Positions 54,283-64,000 of a stretch of 64,000 nucleotides of DNA are shown in pieces (the first letter of the stretch is position 1; every line of letters begins with the position of its first letter). The stretch covers positions 1 through 64,000 of the forward strand of contig JBGANF010000025.1 in assembly GCA_044222475.1 (NCBI GenBank). The letters are read 5' to 3'. A program made the translations under genes and the position numbers. Under the pieces are notes generated by a model. It was not told the DNA's origin, did not search any database, and saw only the letters and a program-made list of their open reading frames with translations. Source of the stretch: Polyangiaceae bacterium (GTDB lineage: Bacteria > Myxococcota_A > Polyangia > Polyangiales > Polyangiaceae).

Positions 54283-56163
54283 TTAGTTCGGAATCGCGCT
54301 CGTCGGCACGGTCCAATACGGACTGATGTTGTTCGCGTCGATGTCCTGCCCCGGCATCCACACCGGGGCGAAGCTCGGGTCCTGCTTGCCGTCGAGCTTG
54401 GTCTTCGAGATCGCGCCGATCCAGATCTGCTTGCACTGCGTCACGCCGTTCGCCTTGCACGCCGCCGCGGTGTTCGCGCCGGTGATCTTGTGCCCGTAGT
54501 CGCGCTCGCTCGCGAAGACGATCCAGTAGAAATCTGTCCCGCTCGCCGGCGCCCAATGCGGCCACGTGATGTCGTAGTCGGCGGGGCCGTTCATCTTCGA
54601 CAGGTCGACCCTCCAGGCGCCCGTCGGCTCGGTGAGCATCAGGCGCTGGCCCGCGGTGCGCGCGTTGGTGAAGTTGCGCCACGCCGCCCGCGCCGCGTTG
54701 AAGACGATGAGCGCGCCGTCCTGCGAGTAGCTCGGGAAGAAGAAGTTGTCGTACACGCCGCTCGGCAGCGCGATCGGCTGGCGGACGATGAACTTGGGCT
54801 CCCCGAACGTGTGCGTCGCGTTCGCGTAGCTGTACGACATCGTCGCAATCGCCGACTGCGTGACGTCGATCCAGTTGCCCGCGCCGGGCACGGACGTGAA
54901 GACCACGCTGTTCCCGTTCGGCGCCCAGTCGGGCATCGTCCCGTGGCGCGTGGGCTGGCCGGCGTCGTGCGTGCTCATCACCGCCGCGTTCGACGGGACC
55001 GCGGCGCCGGTGTCGGGATCGATCAACGTGAGCGTCGCGTCGTTCTTGGTGACCATCGCGACGGCCTTCGAGTCGTCGAGGTACGGATTGCCGACCGGCG
55101 CGAACGTCGTGTACGAGCCGGGGATCGCCTTCGCGTTCGCGTCGACGGTGTCCTTCCAGGTCTTCGTGACCTTGTCGTACTTCATGAAGCCTACGAAGAT
55201 CTGGCTGCAGTTGTTCGCGACGCACCGGCTGTATCCGATGCGGCTCCCCGCTCGCGACACCGAGTGGCACGACGTGCAGTCGGCCTTCACCTGCGCCGGC
55301 GGCGGGTTCGTCTGCCCGAACGTCTGGGTCAGGATGCTGCCCTTCGACGACGCCCACCAGTAGATCGCGGTGTCGTTGATCTTGTCCTTCGACATCGTGA
55401 CGGTGGCGGGCGCTCCGGCGTAGCGCGTCTGCGGTTGGGCTTGCGTCAATCCTTCGACGGTGACCTTCATGTCGTCGCCTGATGCGCTCTCGGCAACGGC
55501 CGCCCACGTCGGATCGTCGACCTGGGCGTCGGCCGCGAGCGTGTAGACGTTGAGCGCGATGTGCGGCGACACCCACGACAAGTGGAAGAGGTCGTTCTTG
55601 GCGACGGTCCACTGTGCGTTCATCGACGGGATGTTCAGCGGCGCGGCCGATCCGTCGAGCGGGTACTCGAGCGCGGGCGTGTGGGTCGGATCGGCGCCGA
55701 GCTGCGCACCGGCGAAGAGCGCGGGCGCGTTCGCAGGCGCACCGCCGAGGACGACGTCGTCCTGGAGCACCACGGTGAGGCCGGTCGATGCCGACGAGCC
55801 GTTGCAGTTCGCGGTCACTTTGCTCGTGCCGCCGCGAGGCGCCGTCGTGAAGGTCGGGCCGGCGAACCCGCCGATCTTCGCGTCGGCAATGACGAAGCCG
55901 CAGTCCGCGGTGACGTCGACCTTGGTCCCGCCGATCGTCGCAATCGCCTTGTAGACCTGCGTCGTGCCGCCCTTGAGCGTCGTCTTGAGCGTCGCGTCCG
56001 GCGGCTCGACGACGAGCGCGTCGTACTTCACCGCGCCGTCCGTGGCCCCGTCGCCGCCGCCGTCGGTGAACGTGCTGCCGGTGTCGTCGGTCCCGCACGC
56101 ACCCATCGCGAGCGCTGCCACCGAGAGCAGCGCGATCGCGAGTAGCCCGCTCGCTCGCTTCAT
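54283..56163 (-). CDS. Lipoprotein with TolB-like beta-propeller
   Basis: MGAC lipobox; PD40-like motifs MPDWAPNG, FPSYSQDG and WPHWAP; one CTSCH. Confidence 0.85.
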   Translation of the reverse strand: MKRASGLLAIALLSVAALAMGACGTDDTGSTFTDGGGDGATDGAVKYDALVVEPPDATLKTTLKGGTTQVYKAIATIGGTKVDVTADCGFVIADAKIGGFAGPTFTTAPRGGTSKVTANCNGSSASTGLTVVLQDDVVLGGAPANAPALFAGAQLGADPTHTPALEYPLDGSAAPLNIPSMNAQWTVAKNDLFHLSWVSPHIALNVYTLAADAQVDDPTWAAVAESASGDDMKVTVEGLTQAQPQTRYAGAPATVTMSKDKINDTAIYWWASSKGSILTQTFGQTNPPPAQVKADCTSCHSVSRAGSRIGYSRCVANNCSQIFVGFMKYDKVTKTWKDTVDANAKAIPGSYTTFAPVGNPYLDDSKAVAMVTKNDATLTLIDPDTGAAVPSNAAVMSTHDAGQPTRHGTMPDWAPNGNSVVFTSVPGAGNWIDVTQSAIATMSYSYANATHTFGEPKFIVRQPIALPSGVYDNFFFPSYSQDGALIVFNAARAAWRNFTNARTAGQRLMLTEPTGAWRVDLSKMNGPADYDITWPHWAPASGTDFYWIVFASERDYGHKITGANTAAACKANGVTQCKQIWIGAISKTKLDGKQDPSFAPVWMPGQDIDANNISPYWTVPTSAIPN

Positions 56164-56216
56164 GCGTCGGAGGCTAGCACTTTGCTTCCCCACGAGCGGG
56201 CGCCTATCATGAAAAG

Positions 56217-56828
56217 GTGGGAGGCAAGCGCACCATTCTGCTCGGCGCCGGATCCCTCGCCCTCGCGGGGTGTGCGCTCGTGTCCGGCCTCTCGGACCTC
56301 GACGTCGTCGGCGACGCGAGCGTGGTCGACGCGAGCGTGAACGACGTGACCGTGGATGCGGCTCCCGGCAACGACTCGTCCGTGGTGGACGCCTCGGCGG
56401 ACGGCCCGCGGTTCGACGTCGTCATCGCCCCCGACGTGTCGCCGCCGCCGGTCATCGCGATCCGCTGCGGTCCCGATCCGAAGAAGCCGTGCGCACAGCC
56501 CAACGTCTGCTGCCGGCGAGGCAACGCGGACGCGGGGTACACGCAGACCTGCGAGTCGGCCCAGACGTGCCCGACCGGCAGCCTGAACCAGACCGTACCC
56601 GTCTCGTGCGACGGTCCGTCGGCATGCAAGAGCGGCGAGATCTGCTGTGCGTACTACACGTCGTTCTTCAACGTGCTCCAGCAGATCAAGTGCACCACCA
56701 CCAAGTGCGACCAGAACACCGAGGTCCGCATGTGCGGCACCGACGGCGGGCCCGCGTCGACGTGTATCACGCCCGACGTCTGCACGCCCAGCGCCGGCTC
56801 CCTCCCCGGCTACTACTTCTGCAACTGA
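56217..56828 (+). CDS. Cys-rich lipoprotein
   Basis: LAGC lipobox, VDA-rich linker, CDGPSACKSGEICC. Confidence 0.8.
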   Translation: MGGKRTILLGAGSLALAGCALVSGLSDLDVVGDASVVDASVNDVTVDAAPGNDSSVVDASADGPRFDVVIAPDVSPPPVIAIRCGPDPKKPCAQPNVCCRRGNADAGYTQTCESAQTCPTGSLNQTVPVSCDGPSACKSGEICCAYYTSFFNVLQQIKCTTTKCDQNTEVRMCGTDGGPASTCITPDVCTPSAGSLPGYYFCN

Positions 56829-56831
56829 TGC

Positions 56832-57278
56832 TCAGTACGTCGTCGTGATCGCGTCCATGCGCGGCGACGGAGGCCACGCCTTGGCTCGTATCGCGTGGTC
56901 GATGCAGCGCGCCGTCGTGGGGTCGGGCGGCGACGTCGTCACCGTCACGCCGCGCGCGCGCCCGTCCATGACTGCGACGCGCACCGTGACGCGCATCGAG
57001 TCGGGCACGCCGCACGCGTCGAGGAAGCGCGAGTCGTGGAGCGGCGCCGAGAGCTCGGCGTTCGTGAGGTCCGGACCGGTGGCGGCCGGCGCGGGGAGCG
57101 CGAGCGCGGCCTCGTACGTGAGCTCGTCATCCCCGGGCGGCTTCTGCTGCGAAGGGGCCGACCCGAGCGGCGCCGACGACCCCACCGGAAGCTCGACCGC
57201 CGAGCGCTGCGCCTCGGGTTTCTGCTGGCTGCCCCCGCATGCCACGAGCGCCACCGCGACGGCGACGAGCACTCTCAC
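56832..57278 (-). CDS. Lipoprotein with TonB-C-like C-terminal domain
   Basis: LVAC lipobox; [22 protein letters not shown]. Confidence 0.7.
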   Translation of the reverse strand: MRVLVAVAVALVACGGSQQKPEAQRSAVELPVGSSAPLGSAPSQQKPPGDDELTYEAALALPAPAATGPDLTNAELSAPLHDSRFLDACGVPDSMRVTVRVAVMDGRARGVTVTTSPPDPTTARCIDHAIRAKAWPPSPRMDAITTTY

Positions 57279-58480
57279 GAGATGACGCCGAGCTTCTTCC
57301 CGACCGCGGCGAACGTGTCGATCGCGCGATCGATCTGCTCCGTCGTGTGCGCGGCGCTGATCTGCACGCGGATGCGCGCTTCCCCTTTTGGGACGACCGG
57401 GTAGAAGAACCCGATCACGAAGATGCCCGCGTTCTGCATCTCGGTCGCGAACGTCTGCGCGAGCTTCGCGTCACCGAGCATCACCGGCACGATCGGGTGC
57501 ACGCCTTCCTTGATGGTGAGCCCGGTCTTCTTCATGCCTTCGCGGAAGCGCTTCGTGTTCGCCTCGGACCGGTCGCGGAGCTCGGTCGTCTTGCCGAGGA
57601 GCTCGAACACCTTCAGGCTCGCGCCGACGATCGCCGGCGCGACCGTGTTCGAGAAGAGGTACGGGCGCGACCGCTGGCGCAGCACGTCGATCATCGCCTT
57701 GCGGCCGACCGTGTATCCGCCGGAGCCGCCGCCCAGCGCTTTCCCCAACGTCCCCGTCATCACGTCGATGCGGCTCATCACCCCGCAGTGCTCCGGCGTT
57801 CCGCGCCCGGTCTTGCCGATGAAGCCCGTCGCGTGGGAGTCGTCGACCATCACCATCGCGCCGTATTTCTCGGCCAAATCGCAGATCTGCTCGAGCTTCG
57901 CGATGTACCCGTCCATCGAGAACACGCCGTCGGTCGCGATCATGCGGAGCCGCTTGCCCTGCGTCTTCTTCAGCGCTTCCTCGAGCGCGTCCATGTCGCC
58001 GTTGGGGTAGCGGTGCCGCTCGGCCTTGCACAGACGGATGCCGTCGATGATCGACGCGTGGTTCAGCGCGTCCGAGATGATGGCGTCCTCTTCTCCGAGC
58101 AGCGTCTCGAAGAGGCCACCGTTCGCGTCGAAGCACGACGTGTAGAGGATGGTGTCGTCCATGCCGAAGAAGCGCGCGATGACGTGCTCGAGCTCCTTGT
58201 GGATGTCCTGCGTGCCGCAGATGAACCGCACGCTCGACATGCCGAAGCCGTGCGTGTCGAGCGCGTGCTTCGCGGCGGCGAGCACCTCGGGGTGCGACGA
58301 GAGCCCGAGGTAGTTGTTCGCGCAGAAGTTCAGCGTCTCCTTCGCCTCGGCGCCCTCGCGCGCGGCCGCGCGGATCTTCGGGCCTTGCGGGGTGACGATG
58401 ATCCGCTCTTCCTTGAAGAGGCCCGCCTCGCGGATTTCGTTCAGCGTGCTCTCGTAGACCTTCGCGCCGGTGTACGCCAT
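57275..58480 (-). CDS. kbl: Glycine C-acetyltransferase (2-amino-3-ketobutyrate CoA ligase)
   Basis: [40 protein letters not shown] and RSRPYLFSN motifs. Confidence 0.95.
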   Translation of the reverse strand: MAYTGAKVYESTLNEIREAGLFKEERIIVTPQGPKIRAAAREGAEAKETLNFCANNYLGLSSHPEVLAAAKHALDTHGFGMSSVRFICGTQDIHKELEHVIARFFGMDDTILYTSCFDANGGLFETLLGEEDAIISDALNHASIIDGIRLCKAERHRYPNGDMDALEEALKKTQGKRLRMIATDGVFSMDGYIAKLEQICDLAEKYGAMVMVDDSHATGFIGKTGRGTPEHCGVMSRIDVMTGTLGKALGGGSGGYTVGRKAMIDVLRQRSRPYLFSNTVAPAIVGASLKVFELLGKTTELRDRSEANTKRFREGMKKTGLTIKEGVHPIVPVMLGDAKLAQTFATEMQNAGIFVIGFFYPVVPKGEARIRVQISAAHTTEQIDRAIDTFAAVGKKLGVIS

Positions 58481-58542
58481 GGGCGAACGATGCCACTGCG
58501 AACGCGCGCGCCGCAAGCCTCAGGTAGTCTGGAGGCGTCGTC

Positions 58543-59058
58543 ATGAGAGCCCTCGGTCTTTTCGTCGTCTCGCTGGCGTTCGCGTGCCGGAGTCCGGGCG
58601 TCGCGGAGCAGCGCTCGCCGGTCGACGCCGGCGCATCGGTCGACGCCGGCGCCGCGCCGAGCCCCCGCTCGTCGGCGGTGGTGGGTCGGTGGCACGCGGT
58701 CGCGTTCCACCACGGGGACGCCGTCTCGCGTGATCCCCGGTCGGCGATGCACTTCGTGATCGGGGCCGACGGCGCGGTCGAGTGGCGTGGCCAGACGACG
58801 ACCGAGAAGCGGACGACGACCGGGGTCCAAGCCTCGACGCGCACCTGGGTCGTGACCGGCCGCTGGGAGGAGGAGGGGGATTCGCTCGTGATGACGTGGA
58901 GCGCCGACGTCGAGCCGACCGCCGCGGAGGCGATCGGCGCGTGGTCGCTCCTCGCCGGGCGGACGAGCACGTTTCGAAGCCAAGTAGTACCGTCGACCGG
59001 TCGGCTCTGGCTCCACCGCCCCGACGTAGAGACGTCGCTCGAGCTCGAAGCCGAGTAG
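58543..59058 (+). CDS. Hypothetical lipoprotein
   Basis: AFAC lipobox; VVGRW beta-rich domain. Confidence 0.65.
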   Translation: MRALGLFVVSLAFACRSPGVAEQRSPVDAGASVDAGAAPSPRSSAVVGRWHAVAFHHGDAVSRDPRSAMHFVIGADGAVEWRGQTTTEKRTTTGVQASTRTWVVTGRWEEEGDSLVMTWSADVEPTAAEAIGAWSLLAGRTSTFRSQVVPSTGRLWLHRPDVETSLELEAE

Positions 59059-59072
59059 TATCGTCGGCCCTG

Positions 59073-60458
59073 ATGGACGCGATCGACTGGAGCCTCGAAG
59101 GAACCCGCACGGTCGAGCTTCTCTCGCAGCTGCTGCGCATCCCCACCGTGAACCGCGGCGACGGCGCCGAGGGCGACGGCAACGAGCGGCCCGCCGCCGA
59201 GCTTCTCGCCGAGCACCTCCGGGCCGCGAAGCTGGAGCCCAAGCTCTTCGAGCGGAAGAAGGGCCGCACCAACGTGGTCGCCCGCCTGAAGGGCACCGGC
59301 GAGAAGCCACCGATCCTCCTCAACGCTCACCTCGACGTGGTCGAGGCCGACGCCTCGAAGTGGGCTCACCCGCCGTTCGCGGGCGAGGTCCACGACGGCT
59401 ACCTGTGGGGCCGCGGCGCGATCGACATGAAGAACATGGCGGCGATGAGCGCGCGCGTCCTCTGCATGCTGGCGGAGCGCCACGGGCCGGGGAAGCTCGA
59501 GCGCGACGTGATCTTCGCCGGCGTCGCCGACGAAGAGGCGGGCTGCGCGGAAGGCAGCTTGTTCCTCGTCGACGATCACGCCGACGAAGTGCGTGCAGAA
59601 TACACGCTCGGCGAGATCGGCGCGTTCTCGCTCTACCTCTTCGGGCGCAGCTTCTATCCGATCCAGACCGCCGAGAAGGGCGTCTGCTGGGTCCGGGCGA
59701 CGTTCGAGGGCGACCCCGGTCACGGCTCGATGCCGAACCCCGACAGCGCCGTCATCCAGCTCGGCGCCGCCCTGAATCGGCTGGGAAAGAAGCGCCTTCC
59801 GCAGCACCCGACCGAGGCGGTCAGCAAGTTCATCCACGCGCTCGCGAAGGAGCTCCCGGCCCCGCAGCGCAACGTGATGAAGCGGCTGACGACCCCGCAG
59901 GTCGCGTCGCTCATCCTCGACTACCTCGTGCGCGACCCGACGCAGCGCCGCACGTTCGGCGCCATCCTCTCGAACACGGCGACGCCGACGGTGGTGCGTG
60001 CCGGCAACAAGGTGAACGTCATCCCCGGCAAGGCCACCGTCGACATCGACGGCCGCACGCTGCCCGGCCAAACCGACGCCAGCTTCCTCGAGGAGCTCCG
60101 CGCCGTCCTCGGCGACTCGGTCAAGCTCGAGGTGCTCCGATCGCTGCCGCCGGTCGAAACCCCGGACGACACCCCCATGTTCAGCCACTTGGCGCGCACG
60201 GTTCGGGCCCACGACCCGCTCGCCCTGCCCATCCCGTTCGTCATCCCGGGGTTCACCGACGCGAAGGCCTACGCCCGCCTCGGGTCGAAATGTTACGGGT
60301 TCTCCCCCGTCCGATTCGATCCGACGGCGGAAATCAGCTTCTCCCGGATGTACCACGGGCACGACGAAAGGGTGCCGATCGCCGGTCTTTCCTGGGGTGT
60401 TCAGGTACTTTTCGAGGCCGTCGAAGCATGGGCGAGCCCCAGTGCGAGGCGCCACTAG
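59073..60458 (+). CDS. M20-family metallopeptidase/amidohydrolase
   Basis: AHLDVV, GRGAIDMK, DEEAG, GHGS, GFTD and HGHDER motifs. Confidence 0.93.
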   Translation: MDAIDWSLEGTRTVELLSQLLRIPTVNRGDGAEGDGNERPAAELLAEHLRAAKLEPKLFERKKGRTNVVARLKGTGEKPPILLNAHLDVVEADASKWAHPPFAGEVHDGYLWGRGAIDMKNMAAMSARVLCMLAERHGPGKLERDVIFAGVADEEAGCAEGSLFLVDDHADEVRAEYTLGEIGAFSLYLFGRSFYPIQTAEKGVCWVRATFEGDPGHGSMPNPDSAVIQLGAALNRLGKKRLPQHPTEAVSKFIHALAKELPAPQRNVMKRLTTPQVASLILDYLVRDPTQRRTFGAILSNTATPTVVRAGNKVNVIPGKATVDIDGRTLPGQTDASFLEELRAVLGDSVKLEVLRSLPPVETPDDTPMFSHLARTVRAHDPLALPIPFVIPGFTDAKAYARLGSKCYGFSPVRFDPTAEISFSRMYHGHDERVPIAGLSWGVQVLFEAVEAWASPSARRH

Positions 60459-60540
60459 ACTGTTCGATGGCGCATCGGATAGAACCGTAGGTCACCCAGC
60501 TTTTCCAACGCGCGATGCATGTGGTCGCGGAGGCGTGTCG

Positions 60541-61023
60541 ATGGTCAATCCCCAGATGGTGATGTACGAGGAGGAGTTCAATCAGATCCAAGCGGTCGTA
60601 GACCGACTGGTTCGCGACGCGAACGCCAAGGTCGTCTTCATCGTGGACAAGAACGGCCAGCTCATCGCGGCCGCCGGCGACATCGACAACGTCGACACCA
60701 CGAGCCTGGCTTCGCTCACCGCAGGCAACATCGCCGCGACCGGCGGCATGGCCAAGCTCCTCAAAGAGAACGAGTTCGCGACGCAATTTCACGAAGGCGA
60801 GAAGGCGAACATCCACATCCAGCTCGTCGGAAACCGGGTCATCCTGGTCGTCATCTTCGACTCGCGTTCGAGCCTCGGCCTCGTCCGGCTCCGCGTGAAG
60901 AAAGCGACGGAAGAGCTCAACCACATCTTCGAGTCGCTCTTGAAGAAGGTCGCGGAACCGGGGGCTGATTCACCCTTCGCCGAAATCACCGACGAAGACA
61001 TCGACAACCTCTTCAACGACTGA
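60541..61023 (+). CDS. mglB: Roadblock/LC7 GTPase-activating protein MglB
   Basis: [31 protein letters not shown] and [11 protein letters not shown] motifs. Confidence 0.96.
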   Translation: MVNPQMVMYEEEFNQIQAVVDRLVRDANAKVVFIVDKNGQLIAAAGDIDNVDTTSLASLTAGNIAATGGMAKLLKENEFATQFHEGEKANIHIQLVGNRVILVVIFDSRSSLGLVRLRVKKATEELNHIFESLLKKVAEPGADSPFAEITDEDIDNLFND

Positions 61024-61037
61024 GCCGAGGCGCAGGC

Positions 61038-61628
61038 ATGAGTTTCATCAACTACATGGCCCGCGAGATCAACTGCAAGTTGGTCTACTACGGCCCCGGT
61101 CTTTGCGGGAAGACCACCAACCTCCAGTACATCTACGAGCGCACGAACCCCGAAGCGAAGGGCAAGATGATCAGCCTCGCGACGGAGACCGAGCGAACGC
61201 TCTTCTTCGACTTCCTGCCGCTGTCGCTCGGTGAAATCCGCGGCTTCAAGACGCGCTTCCACCTCTACACGGTGCCCGGCCAGGTCTTCTACGACGCCAG
61301 CCGGAAGCTCATCTTGAAGGGCGTCGACGGCGTGATCTTCGTCGCCGACTCGCAGATCGAGCGTACGGAAGCCAACATCGAGTCGGTCGAAAACCTGCGG
61401 ACGAACCTCGCGGAGCAGGGCTACACGCTCGAGAAGCTCCCGTACGTCATGCAGTACAACAAGCGCGACCTGCCGAACGTCGCGAGCATGGAGGAGCTGC
61501 GTGAGCTCCTCAACCCGACCAAGGTCCCCGAGTTCGAGGCGGTCGCCCGCACCGGCGTCGGCGTCTTCGACACGCTCAAGGCGGTCGCGAAGCTCGTCCT
61601 CACGGAGCTCAAGAAGGGCGGGACCTGA
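61038..61628 (+). CDS. mglA: Gliding-motility small GTPase MglA
   Basis: [37 protein letters not shown] and NKRD motifs. Confidence 0.97.
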   Translation: MSFINYMAREINCKLVYYGPGLCGKTTNLQYIYERTNPEAKGKMISLATETERTLFFDFLPLSLGEIRGFKTRFHLYTVPGQVFYDASRKLILKGVDGVIFVADSQIERTEANIESVENLRTNLAEQGYTLEKLPYVMQYNKRDLPNVASMEELRELLNPTKVPEFEAVARTGVGVFDTLKAVAKLVLTELKKGGT

Positions 61629-61660
61629 GCCCGGCTCGCGTCAGCGCGAGTACAAAATGA

Positions 61661-61700
61661 GAGAGCGCATCGCACGAGTGCGACGCGCTCTCTTCGTTTT
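61661..61700 (+). terminator. Intrinsic terminator-like hairpin after mglA
   Basis: GAGAGCGCATCGCA-CGAG-TGCGACGCGCTCTC followed by TTCGTTTT. Confidence 0.7.
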
Positions 61701-61733
61701 GTCGGAGCGAATGGCGCCGTGGGCGCCACGGGC

Positions 61734-61865
61734 TCAGAGCTTGGACTTCTTCCAGGTGTGCAGCGAACGCCGGCGCTTCATGTTCTTCGACTTCAGCTTG
61801 GCGCGGAAGCGGCTGGAGCGGTTGCGGTCGGTCTTGCGGGGCTTCTTCGAAAGGACGATGTACAT
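61734..61865 (-). CDS. Small highly basic protein (43 aa)
   Basis: MYIVLSKKPRKTDRNRSSRFRAKLKSKNMKRRRSLHTWKKSKL*; GAGG RBS; nearly all codons end in G/C; fills a gap between a terminator and queD. Confidence 0.75.
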   Translation of the reverse strand: MYIVLSKKPRKTDRNRSSRFRAKLKSKNMKRRRSLHTWKKSKL

Positions 61866-61977
61866 GGCTGCCTCACCCCGATGTTTCGGGGGACGCGGGA
61901 TTTAGCCCACGAGGGGCCATCTCGCAAGAGATCGTTCGCCGGCTGACGAAGTGGTAGATCTCGGGCTAGGGAGACTC

Positions 61978-62349
61978 ATGGCGGATTCCCATCACGTTCG
62001 GTTGGTTCACGAGTTTCGGTTCGAGGCCGCCCATCGGCTGCCGCGCGTCCCCGCGGGCCACAAGTGCGCGCGACTCCACGGGCATTCCTTCAAGGTCGAG
62101 CTGGCCGTGGCGGGTCCCATGAACCCGGAGACGGGGTGGTTCATCGACTTCGGCGAGCTCTACGACCTCTGGCAGCCGCTGCACGCTCGCCTCGACCACA
62201 ATTATCTCAATGAAATCGAGGGGCTCGAGAACCCGACCAGCGAGATCCTCGTGAAATGGATCTGGGACGCCCTCAAGCCGAAGCTCCCGAGCCTCGAGCA
62301 GGTGACCCTCTGGGAGACCTGCGAAGCCCGCTGCGAGTACCGCGGATGA
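61978..62349 (+). CDS. queD: 6-carboxytetrahydropterin synthase
   Basis: [23 protein letters not shown] and NPTSE motifs. Confidence 0.93.
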   Translation: MADSHHVRLVHEFRFEAAHRLPRVPAGHKCARLHGHSFKVELAVAGPMNPETGWFIDFGELYDLWQPLHARLDHNYLNEIEGLENPTSEILVKWIWDALKPKLPSLEQVTLWETCEARCEYRG

Positions 62350-62642
62350 GCAAGACCCTCGTCTGCCGCTGCGAGGACGTCACCCTCCACGAGCTGGAGG
62401 AGGCCGTCTCGCGGGGCCACGACGACATCGAGTCGCTCAAGCGGTACACCGGGTTCGGCACCGGCTGGTGCCAGGGAAAATCGTGCGTCGCGCTGTGTGC
62501 GCGGATGCTCGCCGAGCGCGGCGGCAAGGTCGCGCTGCCCATTACGCCGAGGCCGCCGTTCCACCCCACGCGCCTCGCCGATCTGGCCGGCCTGGCCGAC
62601 GTGGCCGACGCCGACGCGAAGGCCGGACGGCCTCCGCACTGA
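62346..62642 (+). CDS. BFD-like (2Fe-2S)-binding protein
   Basis: [26 protein letters not shown] overlap with queD. Confidence 0.85.
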   Translation: MSKTLVCRCEDVTLHELEEAVSRGHDDIESLKRYTGFGTGWCQGKSCVALCARMLAERGGKVALPITPRPPFHPTRLADLAGLADVADADAKAGRPPH

Positions 62643-62645
62643 AGG

Positions 62646-63044
62646 TCACATCGCGTCGAAGACGCGCTTGAGGCGCGTCTGCACGTCCTTCGCGAGCTCC
62701 GCGTGCGGCGAGCCCGGCGCCGCTCCGAGCTGCTCGACCGGATCGATCATGCCGAGCACCGCCTTGCCGTCGTTCTCCTCGTAGAGGACGACGTTGCACG
62801 GGAGGAGCAGGCCGATGTGCGGATCCGCCGACGCCGCCTGGTGAGCGAACTTCGGGTTGCACGCGCCGATGATGCGGTAGCGCCGAAAGTCGACGCCGAT
62901 CTTCTCTTTGAGCGTCGCCTTCATGTCGATCTCGGTGATGACCCCGAAGCCCTCTTCCTTGAGCGCCGGCGGCAGCGCAGCGAGCGCCGCGTCGAAGTTC
63001 TTCGTCAGCGTCTTCCACATTCCGCGGTGTGCGTCGTTCGACAT
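62646..63044 (-). CDS. DUF302 family protein
   Basis: EGFGVITEID, IGACNP and GLLLPCNV motifs. Confidence 0.9.
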   Translation of the reverse strand: MSNDAHRGMWKTLTKNFDAALAALPPALKEEGFGVITEIDMKATLKEKIGVDFRRYRIIGACNPKFAHQAASADPHIGLLLPCNVVLYEENDGKAVLGMIDPVEQLGAAPGSPHAELAKDVQTRLKRVFDAM

Positions 63045-63204
63045 GATGGGACCTCTCCGAGTTCGTTAGTGAGAGCCGCCTCGGGGTGCAAGGGATTCGC
63101 ACCTCGACCGCGAACCCGTCCGCGCGGGGTCGCCGAAAAACCCAGCATATTTCAGGGACATCCGACCGAATGACCATGGTCCGCCGGGTGCATCCGGTGA
63201 GGCC

Positions 63205-63627
63205 ATGATGAAGAAGCTCCTCGCCGAGGCCCTCCGTCTCGTCCGCGCCGGCGGTGCGGGCCTCATGGCGACGCTCGCCGACCTCGCGGTGCTCTCGATC
63301 CTGGTGAGCGGCTTCCACCTCGACCCGAAGGTCGCGAGCTTCCCTGCCCTGCTCGTCGGCGGCACGGTGAACTTCTTCGCCAACCGGCACTTCGCGTTCA
63401 AGGCGGCGAAGGGCCACGCCGGAAAGCAGGCGCTCGGCTACACCGTCGTGGAGATCGTCGCGCTCGCGCTCAACGCCGTCCTCTACGACTTCGTGCTCCG
63501 CACCGCGCCGGTGACGGCCTCGGCGTACTGGCTCGTGCGGCTCGCGACGAGTCACGCCGTGTTCCTCCTCTGGAGCTACCCGCTCTGGCGTCGCGTATTC
63601 CGCGTGGAGCCGGCGAAGCCCGTGTAG
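63205..63627 (+). CDS. GtrA-family membrane protein
   Basis: About four TM helices; AG..ATLADL, NFFANRHFAF and RRVF. Confidence 0.85.
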   Translation: MMKKLLAEALRLVRAGGAGLMATLADLAVLSILVSGFHLDPKVASFPALLVGGTVNFFANRHFAFKAAKGHAGKQALGYTVVEIVALALNAVLYDFVLRTAPVTASAYWLVRLATSHAVFLLWSYPLWRRVFRVEPAKPV

Positions 63628-63637
63628 AACACGGGGC

Positions 63638-64000
63638 ATGAGCACGTCGATCTTCGTCTCTGGTCTCCTTCGTGGAAAGAGCGCCCTCGTCACGGGCGGT
63701 GGTAGCGGCATCGGTGCGGGCATCGCCAAGCGCCTCGCCGAGCAGGGCGCGCGCGTCGCTCTCGTGGGACGCACGTTGGAGAAGCTGGAGAGCGTCGCTC
63801 AGGAGATCCGCAAGGCGGGCGGCGAAGCATCGACCCACCCGTGCGACGTACGCGAGTACGCCAAGGTCGAGGACGTCGTGAACGCGGCGGCGACGCTGCA
63901 CGGCGGGCTCGACGTGGTCGTCAACAGCGCGGCCGGGAACTTCCTGGCTCCCGCGGCGACGCTCAGCGCGAACGGTTTCCGCTCCGTCGTCGACATCGAC
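63638..64000 (+). CDS. Short-chain dehydrogenase (2,4-dienoyl-CoA reductase-like), truncated by the window end
   Basis: Manual translation: VTGGGSGIG, CDVR, NSAAGNFLAPA..LSANGFRSVVDID. Confidence 0.88.
   Translation, partial: MSTSIFVSGLLRGKSALVTGGGSGIGAGIAKRLAEQGARVALVGRTLEKLESVAQEIRKAGGEASTHPCDVREYAKVEDVVNAAATLHGGLDVVVNSAAGNFLAPAATLSANGFRSVVDID

Noticed and set aside
55260..55285. CTSCH (CxxCH) in the TolB-like lipoprotein as evidence of a cytochrome c
   Set aside because: A single motif within a Cys-containing propeller protein, with no cytochrome context; insufficient evidence.
52567..56098. ORFs reading poly-RF, poly-LP, poly-AS or poly-GS through the microsatellite
   Set aside because: A stop-free hexamer repeat opens all frames, and these ORFs overlap the transposase and the TolB-like gene.

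Overview
GC-rich, gene-dense bacterial chromosome segment, most likely from Myxococcota (Polyangiaceae-like). This rests on the mglB-mglA polarity operon, TIGR02266-type and DUF4388/J-domain proteins, eukaryote-like Ser/Thr kinases and many Cys-rich lipoproteins. About 60 CDSs are supported; most long ORFs in the track are antisense shadows. Recognisable content: Hen1-Pnkp RNA repair pair, RHH/PIN toxin-antitoxin, PPi-type phosphofructokinase, frameshifted ppk1, kbl, SDR-type threonine dehydrogenase, queD and mglBA. The most striking region is 51.9-54.3 kb. There, two hexamer microsatellites in inverted orientation bracket a four-helix-bundle gene and an IS1111-type (IS110 family) element. That element's downstream non-coding region contains segments matching its own reconstructed insertion site, i.e. 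a readable bridge/seekRNA. A second, truncated four-helix-bundle gene with hexamer repeats and an adjacent IS end sits at the window start. Other notable items: a Cys-repeat lipoprotein ending in a Hint domain, a TerB-PPP phosphatase fusion, a kinase-STAND-TPR plus patatin pair, and two small ORFs below the ORF-track cutoff. All family assignments come from motif recognition by eye; no database searches were run.
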